Position numbers and translations under genes: made by a program | The notes under the pieces: model-generated | Database searches by the model: none | Told to the model about the DNA's origin: nothing | What the model saw: the letters and a program-made list of their open reading frames with translations, nothing else | NCBI GenBank assembly: GCA_963665525.1 | Contig: OY762280.1 | Span: 3,873,188-3,937,187 of the forward strand | Direction: 5' to 3' | DNA length: 64,000 nucleotides | From: Bacteroidales bacterium | GTDB taxonomy: Bacteria; Bacteroidota; Bacteroidia; Bacteroidales; UBA12077 | Part shown: positions 46,180 through 55,600 of the stretch, piece after piece | How the letters are laid out: every line of letters begins with the position of its first letter | How positions within the stretch are numbered: position 1 is the stretch's first letter

Positions 46180-47718
46180 TTATTGTTTGTTTATAAATGC
46201 AAAATACTTAACTCCCCTAACATCAATTGATTTTATGTTTTGTGAATAAATGATATAATCTGATGGCTTATGAAAGATATCATACTTAAGAACAAGGTTT
46301 GCATATTTTTCAACACCATTTTCTACATACGCTACAACCATCATTACATCCATATTATTTGGCTTCGCTTTAATCTGATTTCTTTCTAGTTTGGCAATAA
46401 CTTTTAGAAATTCTTGTCCTTTATTGTTTTTTTGAGTTGATATAATTACCTCTTTAAGGAAATTACTCTTTATATCAGGATGAATAGGTAATACCTTATT
46501 ATTTTTGTCTTGCTTAACAGGTGAAAAATTCTCAAAATATCCATCTTGTCCATAAAATAACTTATGCCATTCGATGTCGGTTTGTCTTAAAGGTAATAAG
46601 GATATATAGTTTGCTTTTATAAAATCTGCCAGCTTATAAGTAGCAACCAAAGCTCCAAGATGAGTTAGGTGCTGATTAGGATGATTGTATGAATTTTGGA
46701 AACATATAGGAGGAAAATCTTCTGATGAATAATTTTGTTGTAAGTCAAGCCATTTCTTATTGTATTTATTTAGAAGTTTTGACAACTTACTTTTCCATTT
46801 ATGATAATCTTTAATGTTCTTTTCATACATTGGATTGGTAAAGAACATGATTTCAATTCCATTATTTTCGCATAATTCAATGATTTTATCGGTATACTTT
46901 TCTGTATATTTATTATAAGTATATTCTCCACCGTCGACAGGAGCTTTAATGCTATTAAATTTTGCGACAGTTGTGTCCTGCATCCCTTTTGTATAATATA
47001 TTAATTGCCCTAAATATAGTTTCTGATTTTTTTTCTGTTTATTATTTCCTTGTTCTATGAGTTTTTTATTAGCCTTTAACTGTTTTGTATTTGAGAAAAT
47101 GTAGTTGTGATTTCGAATCGTTTTTGACCAGGCATATCCAAACTGATCGGCACTAAACAATATGGGAGTAGAAATAATTTTAGTAATTATATCGTTTCTT
47201 CCTGAAAAGCTATTTAGTTGATGCGTTAATTCGTGAGGTATATCTTGATGTATAGGAGCATTATTCATGCTGAAAGTTTCAAGAACCACAAGTGAAGGTT
47301 TACATTTTTTAAGTGCTTCTTTTAAACAAAAATATAAATCATGTTGCGCACTTCCTGGTCCTCCAAGAGCAAAAGCATTAGCTCCTAATGTCATGCTTAA
47401 GTTTTTGGGATTAATATTTGCAAACATGTGTGAATTACCCAATAATATGATGTCTACATTGTTTTTTTCAGTAAAGTGATCAAACGAATCCCAAGCTTTG
47501 GAAATGTAGTCAAGTCTTTTTTCAGAATCAAAATATCCTTTATAATCAGAGTAATAAAGGCCACCAAAGATTAGCATTGAAAAGATGAAAAACTTTATAG
47601 ATGCTCTTACTAAAGGATTCTTGTAACTCGATATTTGATTTGTGTTACGATTTAATTTTCCTTTTTGAGCTTTAGGATTTTTCTTTTTCTTTTTGGTGTT
47701 GTTTTTTTTATGCGTCAT
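46180..47718 (-). CDS. Membrane-anchored SGNH/DltD/AlgX-like protein, probable partner of the MBOAT acyltransferase
   Basis: 512 aa. It has a very basic N-terminus (KKNNTKKKKKNPKAQKGK), one TM helix and the block-I-like IILLGNSHM. It lies 10 nt downstream of the MBOAT gene. The assignment is tentative. Confidence 0.45.
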   Translation of the reverse strand: MTHKKNNTKKKKKNPKAQKGKLNRNTNQISSYKNPLVRASIKFFIFSMLIFGGLYYSDYKGYFDSEKRLDYISKAWDSFDHFTEKNNVDIILLGNSHMFANINPKNLSMTLGANAFALGGPGSAQHDLYFCLKEALKKCKPSLVVLETFSMNNAPIHQDIPHELTHQLNSFSGRNDIITKIISTPILFSADQFGYAWSKTIRNHNYIFSNTKQLKANKKLIEQGNNKQKKNQKLYLGQLIYYTKGMQDTTVAKFNSIKAPVDGGEYTYNKYTEKYTDKIIELCENNGIEIMFFTNPMYEKNIKDYHKWKSKLSKLLNKYNKKWLDLQQNYSSEDFPPICFQNSYNHPNQHLTHLGALVATYKLADFIKANYISLLPLRQTDIEWHKLFYGQDGYFENFSPVKQDKNNKVLPIHPDIKSNFLKEVIISTQKNNKGQEFLKVIAKLERNQIKAKPNNMDVMMVVAYVENGVEKYANLVLKYDIFHKPSDYIIYSQNIKSIDVRGVKYFAFINKQ

Positions 47719-47728
47719 TTAGATATTA

Positions 47729-49162
47729 TTAAAACTGAAAATATACAAAATTACTAATGGGCATTTTCTCGCCATAATAGCCAACGAAAAGAATAATAGT
47801 AACTATTATAATATACATTGTCCAACGCACTATTAAATGGCGATTGTTTATCCAAGCGTATAAGTTTTCTTTTTTCTCAGCAATTAACTCAATGAACATC
47901 ATAATAATTAATATGATAATCGTAAATGTAAATTCAGGTTTACCCAAACCATAACTATACAATGAATTAATACTACTAGAAAAGAGATTTTTATACATGA
48001 TTATTGCATCTCCAAATGTTTGTGCTCTAAAAAAGATGAGAGAAAAGGCCCACATGGCAGATACAAAAATACTGGAGAAGATTCTTCCTAATGAAGTTTT
48101 ATTAATCTGTAAAATATATCTATCAAAAATGATGATAAATAATCCATTGATTGCTCCCCAGATAACAAAGTTCCACGATGCACCATGCCATAATCCACTT
48201 AAAAGGAATACAATGATTAAGTTTCTTTTAGTTCTAAAATTACCATGCCTACTGCCGCCTAGAGGTATGTATACATAGTCTTTAAACCAGGAACTAAGAC
48301 TGATATGCCATCTTTTCCAGAAATTAGAGAAAGAACTTGAAAGATAAGGTCTTCTGAAGTTTTCTGAGAGATTAAAACCTAATGTTCGGGCAGCACCTAT
48401 AGCAATATCTGAGTAAGCGGAGAAGTCTAAGTATAACTGAAATGCAAAGAATATAACTGCATATAAAGCAGGAATACCTGAAATATGATCAACATTACTA
48501 TATGCAACATCAATATATTTTGCTAATCGATCAGCTATAACAATTTTCTTTAATAAACCCCAAGCCATTAAAAATAATCCACTTCTAAAATGATCATAGC
48601 TAAAAGTTTTTTTCTCAAGAAACTGAGGTAATAATTTTTTAGCTCTTTCAATAGGTCCTGCTACTAATTGTGGAAAGAATGAAACAAATGCTAAAAAAGC
48701 ATAAACATTATTGGTGGGTTTAAATTTATTATAATAAATATCCAGAGTATAACTAAGAGATTGGAATGTGTAAAAGCTAATACCTACGGGTAAAATAATA
48801 TTTAATGTTGAAACGTTCAGTGATATTCCAAATAAGGAAAAAGCATCAATAAAAGAATCAACAAAAAAGTTAAAATACTTGAAAAAGCCTAAAAACCCAA
48901 AATTTACAATTAAACTAATTAGCAATAATTTTTTCCGCTTAGGAATATTTCTTTGTAAATAAATTCTTTTACCAATAATAAAATCAACTAAAGAACTTAT
49001 AATAATAAGAAATAAAAATCGCCAATCCCACCAGCCATAAAAAATATAACTTACTATTATTAAGAATATATTTCTGATAGTGATATTGTTCTTTAAAAAG
49101 AGCCAGTATAGATAAAAAACGATAAAAAAGAAGATACCAAAAACTACCGAATTAAAAATCAT
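47729..49162 (-). CDS. MBOAT family O-acyltransferase (AlgI/DltB/PatA-like)
   Basis: 477 aa and polytopic. The conserved region is FW.RWHISLSSWFKDYVYIPLGGSR and LSGLWHGASWNF, which carries the catalytic His. Confidence 0.85.
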   Translation of the reverse strand: MIFNSVVFGIFFFIVFYLYWLFLKNNITIRNIFLIIVSYIFYGWWDWRFLFLIIISSLVDFIIGKRIYLQRNIPKRKKLLLISLIVNFGFLGFFKYFNFFVDSFIDAFSLFGISLNVSTLNIILPVGISFYTFQSLSYTLDIYYNKFKPTNNVYAFLAFVSFFPQLVAGPIERAKKLLPQFLEKKTFSYDHFRSGLFLMAWGLLKKIVIADRLAKYIDVAYSNVDHISGIPALYAVIFFAFQLYLDFSAYSDIAIGAARTLGFNLSENFRRPYLSSSFSNFWKRWHISLSSWFKDYVYIPLGGSRHGNFRTKRNLIIVFLLSGLWHGASWNFVIWGAINGLFIIIFDRYILQINKTSLGRIFSSIFVSAMWAFSLIFFRAQTFGDAIIMYKNLFSSSINSLYSYGLGKPEFTFTIIILIIMMFIELIAEKKENLYAWINNRHLIVRWTMYIIIVTIILFVGYYGEKMPISNFVYFQF

Positions 49163-49191
49163 ATTGTGGTTTGTATAATTTGAGTAATCAA

Positions 49192-49199
49192 CAAATATA
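49192..49199 (-). promoter_or_regulatory. Candidate -7 promoter box (TATATTTG) for the MBOAT operon
   Basis: TAnnTTTG match on the minus strand, 29 nt upstream of the ATG at 49162. Confidence 0.35.
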
Positions 49200-49242
49200 A
49201 TAATTGATTTAAGATTATTGATGTACTTTATGAGTAGAAAAC

Positions 49243-49268
49243 AAAAAACCGCACTTTTTAGTGCGGTT
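49243..49268 (-). terminator. Rho-independent terminator of lgt
   Basis: Stem aaccgcac/gtgcggtt (8 bp) with a 6-nt loop. The plus-strand A-run at 49243-49248 gives a T-run on the minus strand. Confidence 0.7.
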
Positions 49269-49277
49269 GGGATTATT

Positions 49278-50075
49278 CTAATTTGTTGAAGGTTTTAATT
49301 TAAAACTTCGATATAAGAGCAGAAATCCAATAATGACAAATGGGATACTTAACCATTGCCCCATGTTTAGAGTCATTCCTTGCTCAAACCCAACTTGATC
49401 TTCCTTAATAAATTCAATAAAGAACCTAACTGTGAAAAGAAGAATTAAAAAGATACTAAAAATCAAGCCTTGTTTAACCTGAGTTCCTTTTTTCTTATAT
49501 ATTGAATAAAGAAGAACAAAAATTATTAAGTAAGATAAGGCTTCGTAAATTTGAGTAGGGTGTTTCGGAATTGTTTGTCCGTCTCTTAAAAATACAAATC
49601 CCCATGGTAGGCTGGTTTCAATACCATAGATTTCAGAATTCATTAAATTCCCCATTCGAATAAAAAATCCGGCTAATGCAACTACTATTACAATTCTGTC
49701 CAATATCCATAAATATGGTTTTTTATTCTTTTTCGAGAAATAATAAAGCGAAATGAGAATTCCAATTGCAGCACCATGACTTGCTAAACCACCATGCCAA
49801 ATTTTAATGATTTCCCAAGGATTGCTTAAATAGTAATCTGGCTGATAAAATAAACAATGACCTAAACGAGCACCTAGGACAGTACCAATTGCCATATAAA
49901 CGGTTAATTTGTCTAATAACTCTACGGTTAAATTTTCCTGCTTAAATATTTTTTGCATAATGATGTATCCAAAAAAGAATGATGCAGCAAATAAAATTCC
50001 GTAATATCTAATTGTTAATCCCCAAAAGCTAACAATGTCGGGGTTTACATTCCAGTTAATATAGTCTAATACCAT
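49278..50075 (-). CDS. lgt: Prolipoprotein diacylglyceryl transferase
   Basis: YGILFAASFFFGY, WHGGLASHGAAIGI and HPTQIYE are Lgt signatures. I prefer the ATG at 50075 (MVLDYINW..) over the ORF-track start at 50135, because a -7 box lies at 50098-50105. Confidence 0.85.
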   Translation of the reverse strand: MVLDYINWNVNPDIVSFWGLTIRYYGILFAASFFFGYIIMQKIFKQENLTVELLDKLTVYMAIGTVLGARLGHCLFYQPDYYLSNPWEIIKIWHGGLASHGAAIGILISLYYFSKKNKKPYLWILDRIVIVVALAGFFIRMGNLMNSEIYGIETSLPWGFVFLRDGQTIPKHPTQIYEALSYLIIFVLLYSIYKKKGTQVKQGLIFSIFLILLFTVRFFIEFIKEDQVGFEQGMTLNMGQWLSIPFVIIGFLLLYRSFKLKPSTN

Positions 50076-50097
50076 TCTTACCGTTTTTAATTTGATA

Positions 50098-50105
50098 CAA
50101 ACGTA
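50098..50105 (-). promoter_or_regulatory. Candidate -7 promoter box (TACGTTTG) for lgt
   Basis: TAnnTTTG match on the minus strand, 22 nt upstream of the ATG at 50075. It falls inside the longer ORF-track version of the gene. Confidence 0.35.
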
Positions 50106-50345
50106 CATAATGTTTTTTATGGAAACAATACACAAACTGCATAAAAAACATTTTGGGAGTTCCCTACTATGACTTTTATTTTTGTAATATTCTGAACGAA
50201 AATAAAAGTTTTATAGAGGAAATGTATGAAATTTTTAATGTGCTTACAAGTTTTAAAACTTATGATAATGTTATTTATTGTTAAAAATGCTTTATAAAGG
50301 AAGCATAAATGGTAACTCGAATCAACTTATTTCAATAATCTTTTA

Positions 50346-50353
50346 TAAGTTTG
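50346..50353 (+). promoter_or_regulatory. Candidate -7 promoter box (TAAGTTTG)
   Basis: TAnnTTTG match 24 nt upstream of the ATG at 50378. Confidence 0.35.
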
Positions 50354-50377
50354 TAGCTCATAATTTTAGAAAATCAT

Positions 50378-52255
50378 ATGAAGATTAATAACATACAAAA
50401 ACTCATATTATATTTTACAGTAATTGTATTATTCATAGGAGGATGTGCAAAGATTGTAGCACCTACTGGAGGCCCTAAAGATGAAGATCATCCTTTAATT
50501 GTAAAGATTGATCCACCAGATAACTCTGTGAATTTCGACAGGAAAAAGATTGAAATTACTTTTAATGAATTTATTCAGTTAAAAGACCTAAACTCTAATC
50601 TGGTTATTTCGCCTCCGTTAGAAGAAAAACCTGAAATTAAGGTTAAAGGGAAAACTTTGGTCATTGAATTTTTGGGTGAACTTAAAGATTCTACAACATA
50701 TAATCTTTATTTCGGAAATTCGGTTCAGGATTTTAATGAAGGTAATCCTATTGAGAATTTTCAGTACGTATTATCTACAGGATCTTATGTTGATTCCTTA
50801 TCCATAAGAGGTCAGGTGATTAATTCTTTTAATTTGTTGCCTGAAGAAGGCGTTTTTGTTATGTTGTATCAAGATCTTGAAGATTCTGTTCCGATGAAAC
50901 AATTACCATTGCATCTATCAAAAACCAATGAGGAAGGATATTTTCAGATCAATAATATTAGTAATCATTCTTTTAAACTTTTTTGCTTAAGAGATTTTAA
51001 CAAAAACTATTTATTTGATTTGCCAAATGAAGATATCGCATTTGTTGATTCTTTAGTAAGTTTTGAATTAATAACAGAAACAAGTATTGATACAATTTAT
51101 AAAACTGACACTTTAGTTCTTAATCAGCATAATCAAGAATTAGATTCGATGCATGTTAAGCTTAAGGAGGTCCTTTTAGATAGTACTAAAAACAAGGCTG
51201 ATACGATTCATGAAATTGATACAATCATTATTAAATCATACTCGTACTTTCCTGTGCAGGAATATATTTTCAGACTTTTCACTGAATATCACGAAGTTCA
51301 ATATTTATTAAATTATGCAAGGAATACCAAAGAGCAAATAGAAGTGGTTTTTAATAAACCATTCAAAGATAGTGTGAGTCTTGAAATGATAGATACTATC
51401 ATTAATCATGAATGGTATATAAAAGAAATCAATCAAAATAATGATTCATTGATTTATTGGTTAACGGATAGTACTTTATACAATAAAGAAGATTTGATGG
51501 TTGCTTTGAGTTATTATAAAGAAGATTCGAATTTAGTATATCAATGGAGCACTGATACTTTAAAGCTTAAGTTCTTTGAACAGGAGAAAAAATCAAGAAG
51601 AGGAGATGAGCCTGCCGATACAAGCTTAAAATATACATTGGATATTAAGAATAGGGGAACAATGAACTTAAATAAACCTTTAAGTTTTATGTTTGAAACG
51701 CCCGTAAGTGTATATGATACTTCCTATATAAAACTTTTTGCTGAAATTGATACCATTGATTTACCTGTACAATATAAATTAACTAAAGATAGTATTGAAT
51801 TTAGAAAATATTATTTGTCTGTTGAGTGGGATGAAGATACTGTTTATCGTTTAGAAATATATCCTAATGCTTTTAAGGATATTTATGAAACAGTCAACGA
51901 TACCAATATTGTTCAGTTTGTAACTCAGAAGAGAGATTATTACGGTAAGATATTAGCTGATATTACAAATGTAGATTCTACCTCACAACTAATTTGTCAG
52001 TTAATATTGCCTGGCAAGGATAATGAAACGCTTGTGCAAGAAAAAGTAATTTCAGAAAGTAAGATTATTGAATTTGATTTTCTGCCACCAAAGGAATTCA
52101 TGTTTAAAGTAATTATTGATAAAAATATGAATGGTAGGTGGGATACTGGGAATTATTTAGAACATTTTCAGCCCGAAGAGGTTCTATATTATGAAGAAAA
52201 GATTCAAGTGAGATCAAACTGGGATATTGAAATAAACTTTGATGTAAATAAATAA
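50378..52255 (+). CDS. Ig-like (SbsA/Big_5-type) domain-containing lipoprotein
   Basis: 625 aa with the lipobox FIGGC. APTGGPKDEDHPLIVKIDPPDNSVNFDRKKIEITFNEFIQL is typical of this Bacteroidota lipoprotein family. Confidence 0.6.
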   Translation: MKINNIQKLILYFTVIVLFIGGCAKIVAPTGGPKDEDHPLIVKIDPPDNSVNFDRKKIEITFNEFIQLKDLNSNLVISPPLEEKPEIKVKGKTLVIEFLGELKDSTTYNLYFGNSVQDFNEGNPIENFQYVLSTGSYVDSLSIRGQVINSFNLLPEEGVFVMLYQDLEDSVPMKQLPLHLSKTNEEGYFQINNISNHSFKLFCLRDFNKNYLFDLPNEDIAFVDSLVSFELITETSIDTIYKTDTLVLNQHNQELDSMHVKLKEVLLDSTKNKADTIHEIDTIIIKSYSYFPVQEYIFRLFTEYHEVQYLLNYARNTKEQIEVVFNKPFKDSVSLEMIDTIINHEWYIKEINQNNDSLIYWLTDSTLYNKEDLMVALSYYKEDSNLVYQWSTDTLKLKFFEQEKKSRRGDEPADTSLKYTLDIKNRGTMNLNKPLSFMFETPVSVYDTSYIKLFAEIDTIDLPVQYKLTKDSIEFRKYYLSVEWDEDTVYRLEIYPNAFKDIYETVNDTNIVQFVTQKRDYYGKILADITNVDSTSQLICQLILPGKDNETLVQEKVISESKIIEFDFLPPKEFMFKVIIDKNMNGRWDTGNYLEHFQPEEVLYYEEKIQVRSNWDIEINFDVNK

Positions 52256-52260
52256 GAGCG

Positions 52261-52575
52261 ATGTCAGTACTTTTAGAATTTGCAATGTTTCCAACTGATA
52301 AAACAGGTGATAGCGCCAGTGAATCGGTAAGTAAAATAATTGAAATGATACATCAAAGTGGTGTGACTTATAAATTAACTGCTATGGGAACGATTATTGA
52401 AACGGAGACGATGGAGGAAGCACTTAATATTGTAAATCAATCCTATAAAGTGCTTGAGCCATTTGCAAAAAGAGTATATTCAACCATTACACTTGATATC
52501 CGAAAAGGAAAATCAGACAGACTAAATCAGAAGATACAATCTATTGAGTCAAAAATAGGAAAGGTCAATAAGTAA
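52261..52575 (+). CDS. MTH1187/YkoF-family (DUF77) thiamine-binding-like protein
   Basis: 104 aa. The sequence is MSVLLEFAMFPTDKTGDSASESVSKIIEMIHQSGVTYKLTAMGTIIE. Confidence 0.75.
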   Translation: MSVLLEFAMFPTDKTGDSASESVSKIIEMIHQSGVTYKLTAMGTIIETETMEEALNIVNQSYKVLEPFAKRVYSTITLDIRKGKSDRLNQKIQSIESKIGKVNK

Positions 52576-52680
52576 TAACTTAAGTCTTTGATAAAAAGTG
52601 AACAAAAGCGTTCTTTTTTACGTAAAAAAAGAATATCTTGACCCACTCTAATTTATTTAAATGTTTTAATACTACAAGTT

Positions 52681-55600
52681 ATGATGAAACGTGCGGTGTA
52701 CTTGTTATTTTTTGTCTTTGTTTTTGGGGGTTTATCAGCACAGCAAAAAACGAAGATTCAATTAGTAAAAAATAAAAAAGCAAATGAAAATACCGAACAG
52801 CTTTCTTTAAAACCTAATGGGTTTATTTTAAGGGAAAGCATTTCGGCATTTGATATGATTAATAAAGAAACAAAAGATGGTACTTATCACCGTATAGAAC
52901 TTAATGGGCTAAGTAAAACTTTTGATGCAGGTAAACCTGATTTGCCTGTCATGAACAGATTGATTGAAGTTCCTTTAAATGCAGATGCTAAGATTAAGGT
53001 TCTAAATTATGAGGAAGAGATTGTTGATTTAAAAAATTATGGAATTGAAAGACAAATTATTCCTGCCCAACCATCTCTTTCAAAAAGCGATGATCCTGAA
53101 AAAGTAAAATTTCATAAAGACAAAGAGATCTATTCAAGGAATCAATTCTTTAAAAAAGAAATGGTAAGAATTGAAGATAGAGGTTATTTGAGAGATAAAC
53201 ATTTAGCTTACATTGAAATTTCGCCCTTTTCATATAATCCGGTTAGTAATACATTAAAGGTTATTACAAACATTGAGATTGAAGTGAATTATGTACAAAA
53301 GAATTCCCCAAAACTAACTAATGTAAGCAAATTGCAATCTCCCTACTTTAAGGATATAGTTTATAATACGATCAATAAATCAGAAGAATCTAAAGAATTA
53401 ATAAATGCTCCTGTTAAATATGTAATTGTTTCTGACCGTATGTTTGAAGAGACCTTACAGCCTTTTATTGAATGGAAAACCATGAAAGGGTATCATGTGA
53501 TTGAAGCATATACTGATATTATTGGAACAAGTAAAGCCGACATTAAAAATTATTTACAAGATCTGTATGATAATCCTTCGGATGGAGTTTCACCGACCTT
53601 TGTTTTATTAGTGGGTGATGTGGATCAAATACCAGCTTATAGTTCTTCAGGTCATTATACCGATTTATACTATTTCGAATATACAGGAGATAAACTACCA
53701 GAAGTATTTTATGGGCGATTTTCGGCTGAAAGTATTGAAGAGTTACAGCCTCAGATTGACAAAACATTGGAAGTAGAGAAATATGAAATGCCTGATCCTT
53801 CATATTTAGATAATGTTGTATTAGTGGCTGGTGTGGATGGTGGTATGGCACCAACGCATGGTAATGGTGCAATTAATTATTCAAATGCATATTATACAAA
53901 CACAGATAATGGAATTACTTCTTATTATTATTTATATGGAGATGATAGTGGCGTGATGTCTTCTAATAGTTCAGGAGCTTCAGCTTCTATAAGGAGTTAC
54001 ATAAGTGAAGGAGTTTCTTTTTCAAACTATACAGCACATTGTGGATCGAGTGGGTGGTCAGATCCTAGTTTTACTAAAAGTCATATCGAAGGATTAACTA
54101 ATGAACACATGTATCCATTAATTATTGGAAATTGTTGTCAATCTAACACTTTTTATGATGATGATTGTTTCGGAGAAGAGATTTTAATGGCTGCTAATAA
54201 AGGAGCTGTAGGCTATATTGGAGGATCAGATTTAACCTATTGGGATGAAGACTATTATTGGGGTGTGGGTTTAGCAAGTTCGATTACAGCAAATCCAACT
54301 TATGAAGGTACTGGACTAGGGGCTTATGATCGATTTTTTCATCTCAATGGAGAAGCAAAAGAAGATTGGTACATTACACAAGGTCAGATCAATGTAGCAG
54401 GAAATTTGGCGGTAGAAGCTTCAGGTTCAGGACTAAAGACCTATTACTGGGAAATATACCATTTAATGGGTGACCCTTCGTTAACTCCTTATGTTACCGT
54501 TCCGGAAACATTATTTGCTAATTATGAATCTGAAGTAATAATTGGTGTTAATGCTTTCGAAGTAATAACTGAGGAGAATGCATATGTAGCTATCTCTAAA
54601 GATGGGGTATTGTTAGATGCCAGGTTAGCGAATGAAAGTGGTATGGTTAATTTAAGCTTTGAACCTTTATCTGAAGTGGGAGAATTAGATTTAGTTATTA
54701 CCAAACAAAACAGGCAACCATTAATTGATAAAATTTACATTAAACCGGCTTCAACTCCATATGTTATTGTAGATTATCATTTAATTGATGATGACTTAGG
54801 GAATAGTAATTTAGAAGCAGATTATGGGGAGACAATTAAGCTTGATGTTCAATTTAAAAATGTTTCCGACAGCTATGATGCACTAAATCTTATTGCAAAT
54901 TTAACTTCTAATGATACAAATCTTGTTATTACTGATAATACAGAAAATTTAGGAACAATATTAAAATCAGATTCAGCAAAAGTCGAAGGGGCATACACTA
55001 TTCAATTAAAAAACAAGTTTAACGATCAGCATGAAATACCATTTGAAGTAGTAGTTGCCGGTAAAGATTCTGAAAACAATGACTATACCTGGGACTCAAA
55101 GTTTAGTATTATTGTTAATGCTCCGGAATTAGAAATAGAAGACTTATTTATTGATGATAGTGAAGAAAATGATAATGGCATTTTAGATCCCGGAGAAACA
55201 GCTGATATTTCTTTGATTGTTGCTAATAATGGTCATTCTGCAATTGCTGACTTAAATGGAATTGCTACTATTTTAGCTGATGGAGGAACTTATTTAACTT
55301 TAAATAATACTGAAACAGGTAGTTTTAGTGTCGATGCATTTAAAACGGATACTATTCATTTTAATGCAACAGCAAATTCAGAAACTCCTATAGGCACAAT
55401 GACTTATTTAACATTTGATGTTAATGATGTTTTATATAATTACTACACTGTTTCAAGTAATAAGGAATTAAATATTGGAGAAATTCCAGAGATACTAATA
55501 TCTGATAATGACACAACAATTGCTGATAAAGCGTATTTTTATGATACAGGAGGAAGTTTAGGTAATTATTCTAATTATGAAAAAGATACTATAACCCTAA

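Noticed and set aside
50076-50135. The N-terminal extension of lgt (MCIVSIKNIMYVCIKLKTVR), the extension of rlpA from 58240, and the TTG start at 6707 for the adhesin
   Set aside because: The extensions are not part of the conserved proteins. The lgt extension contains the predicted -7 promoter box. The rlpA extension overlaps the rhomboid gene by 38 nt. Internal ATGs give canonical N-termini or signal peptides.
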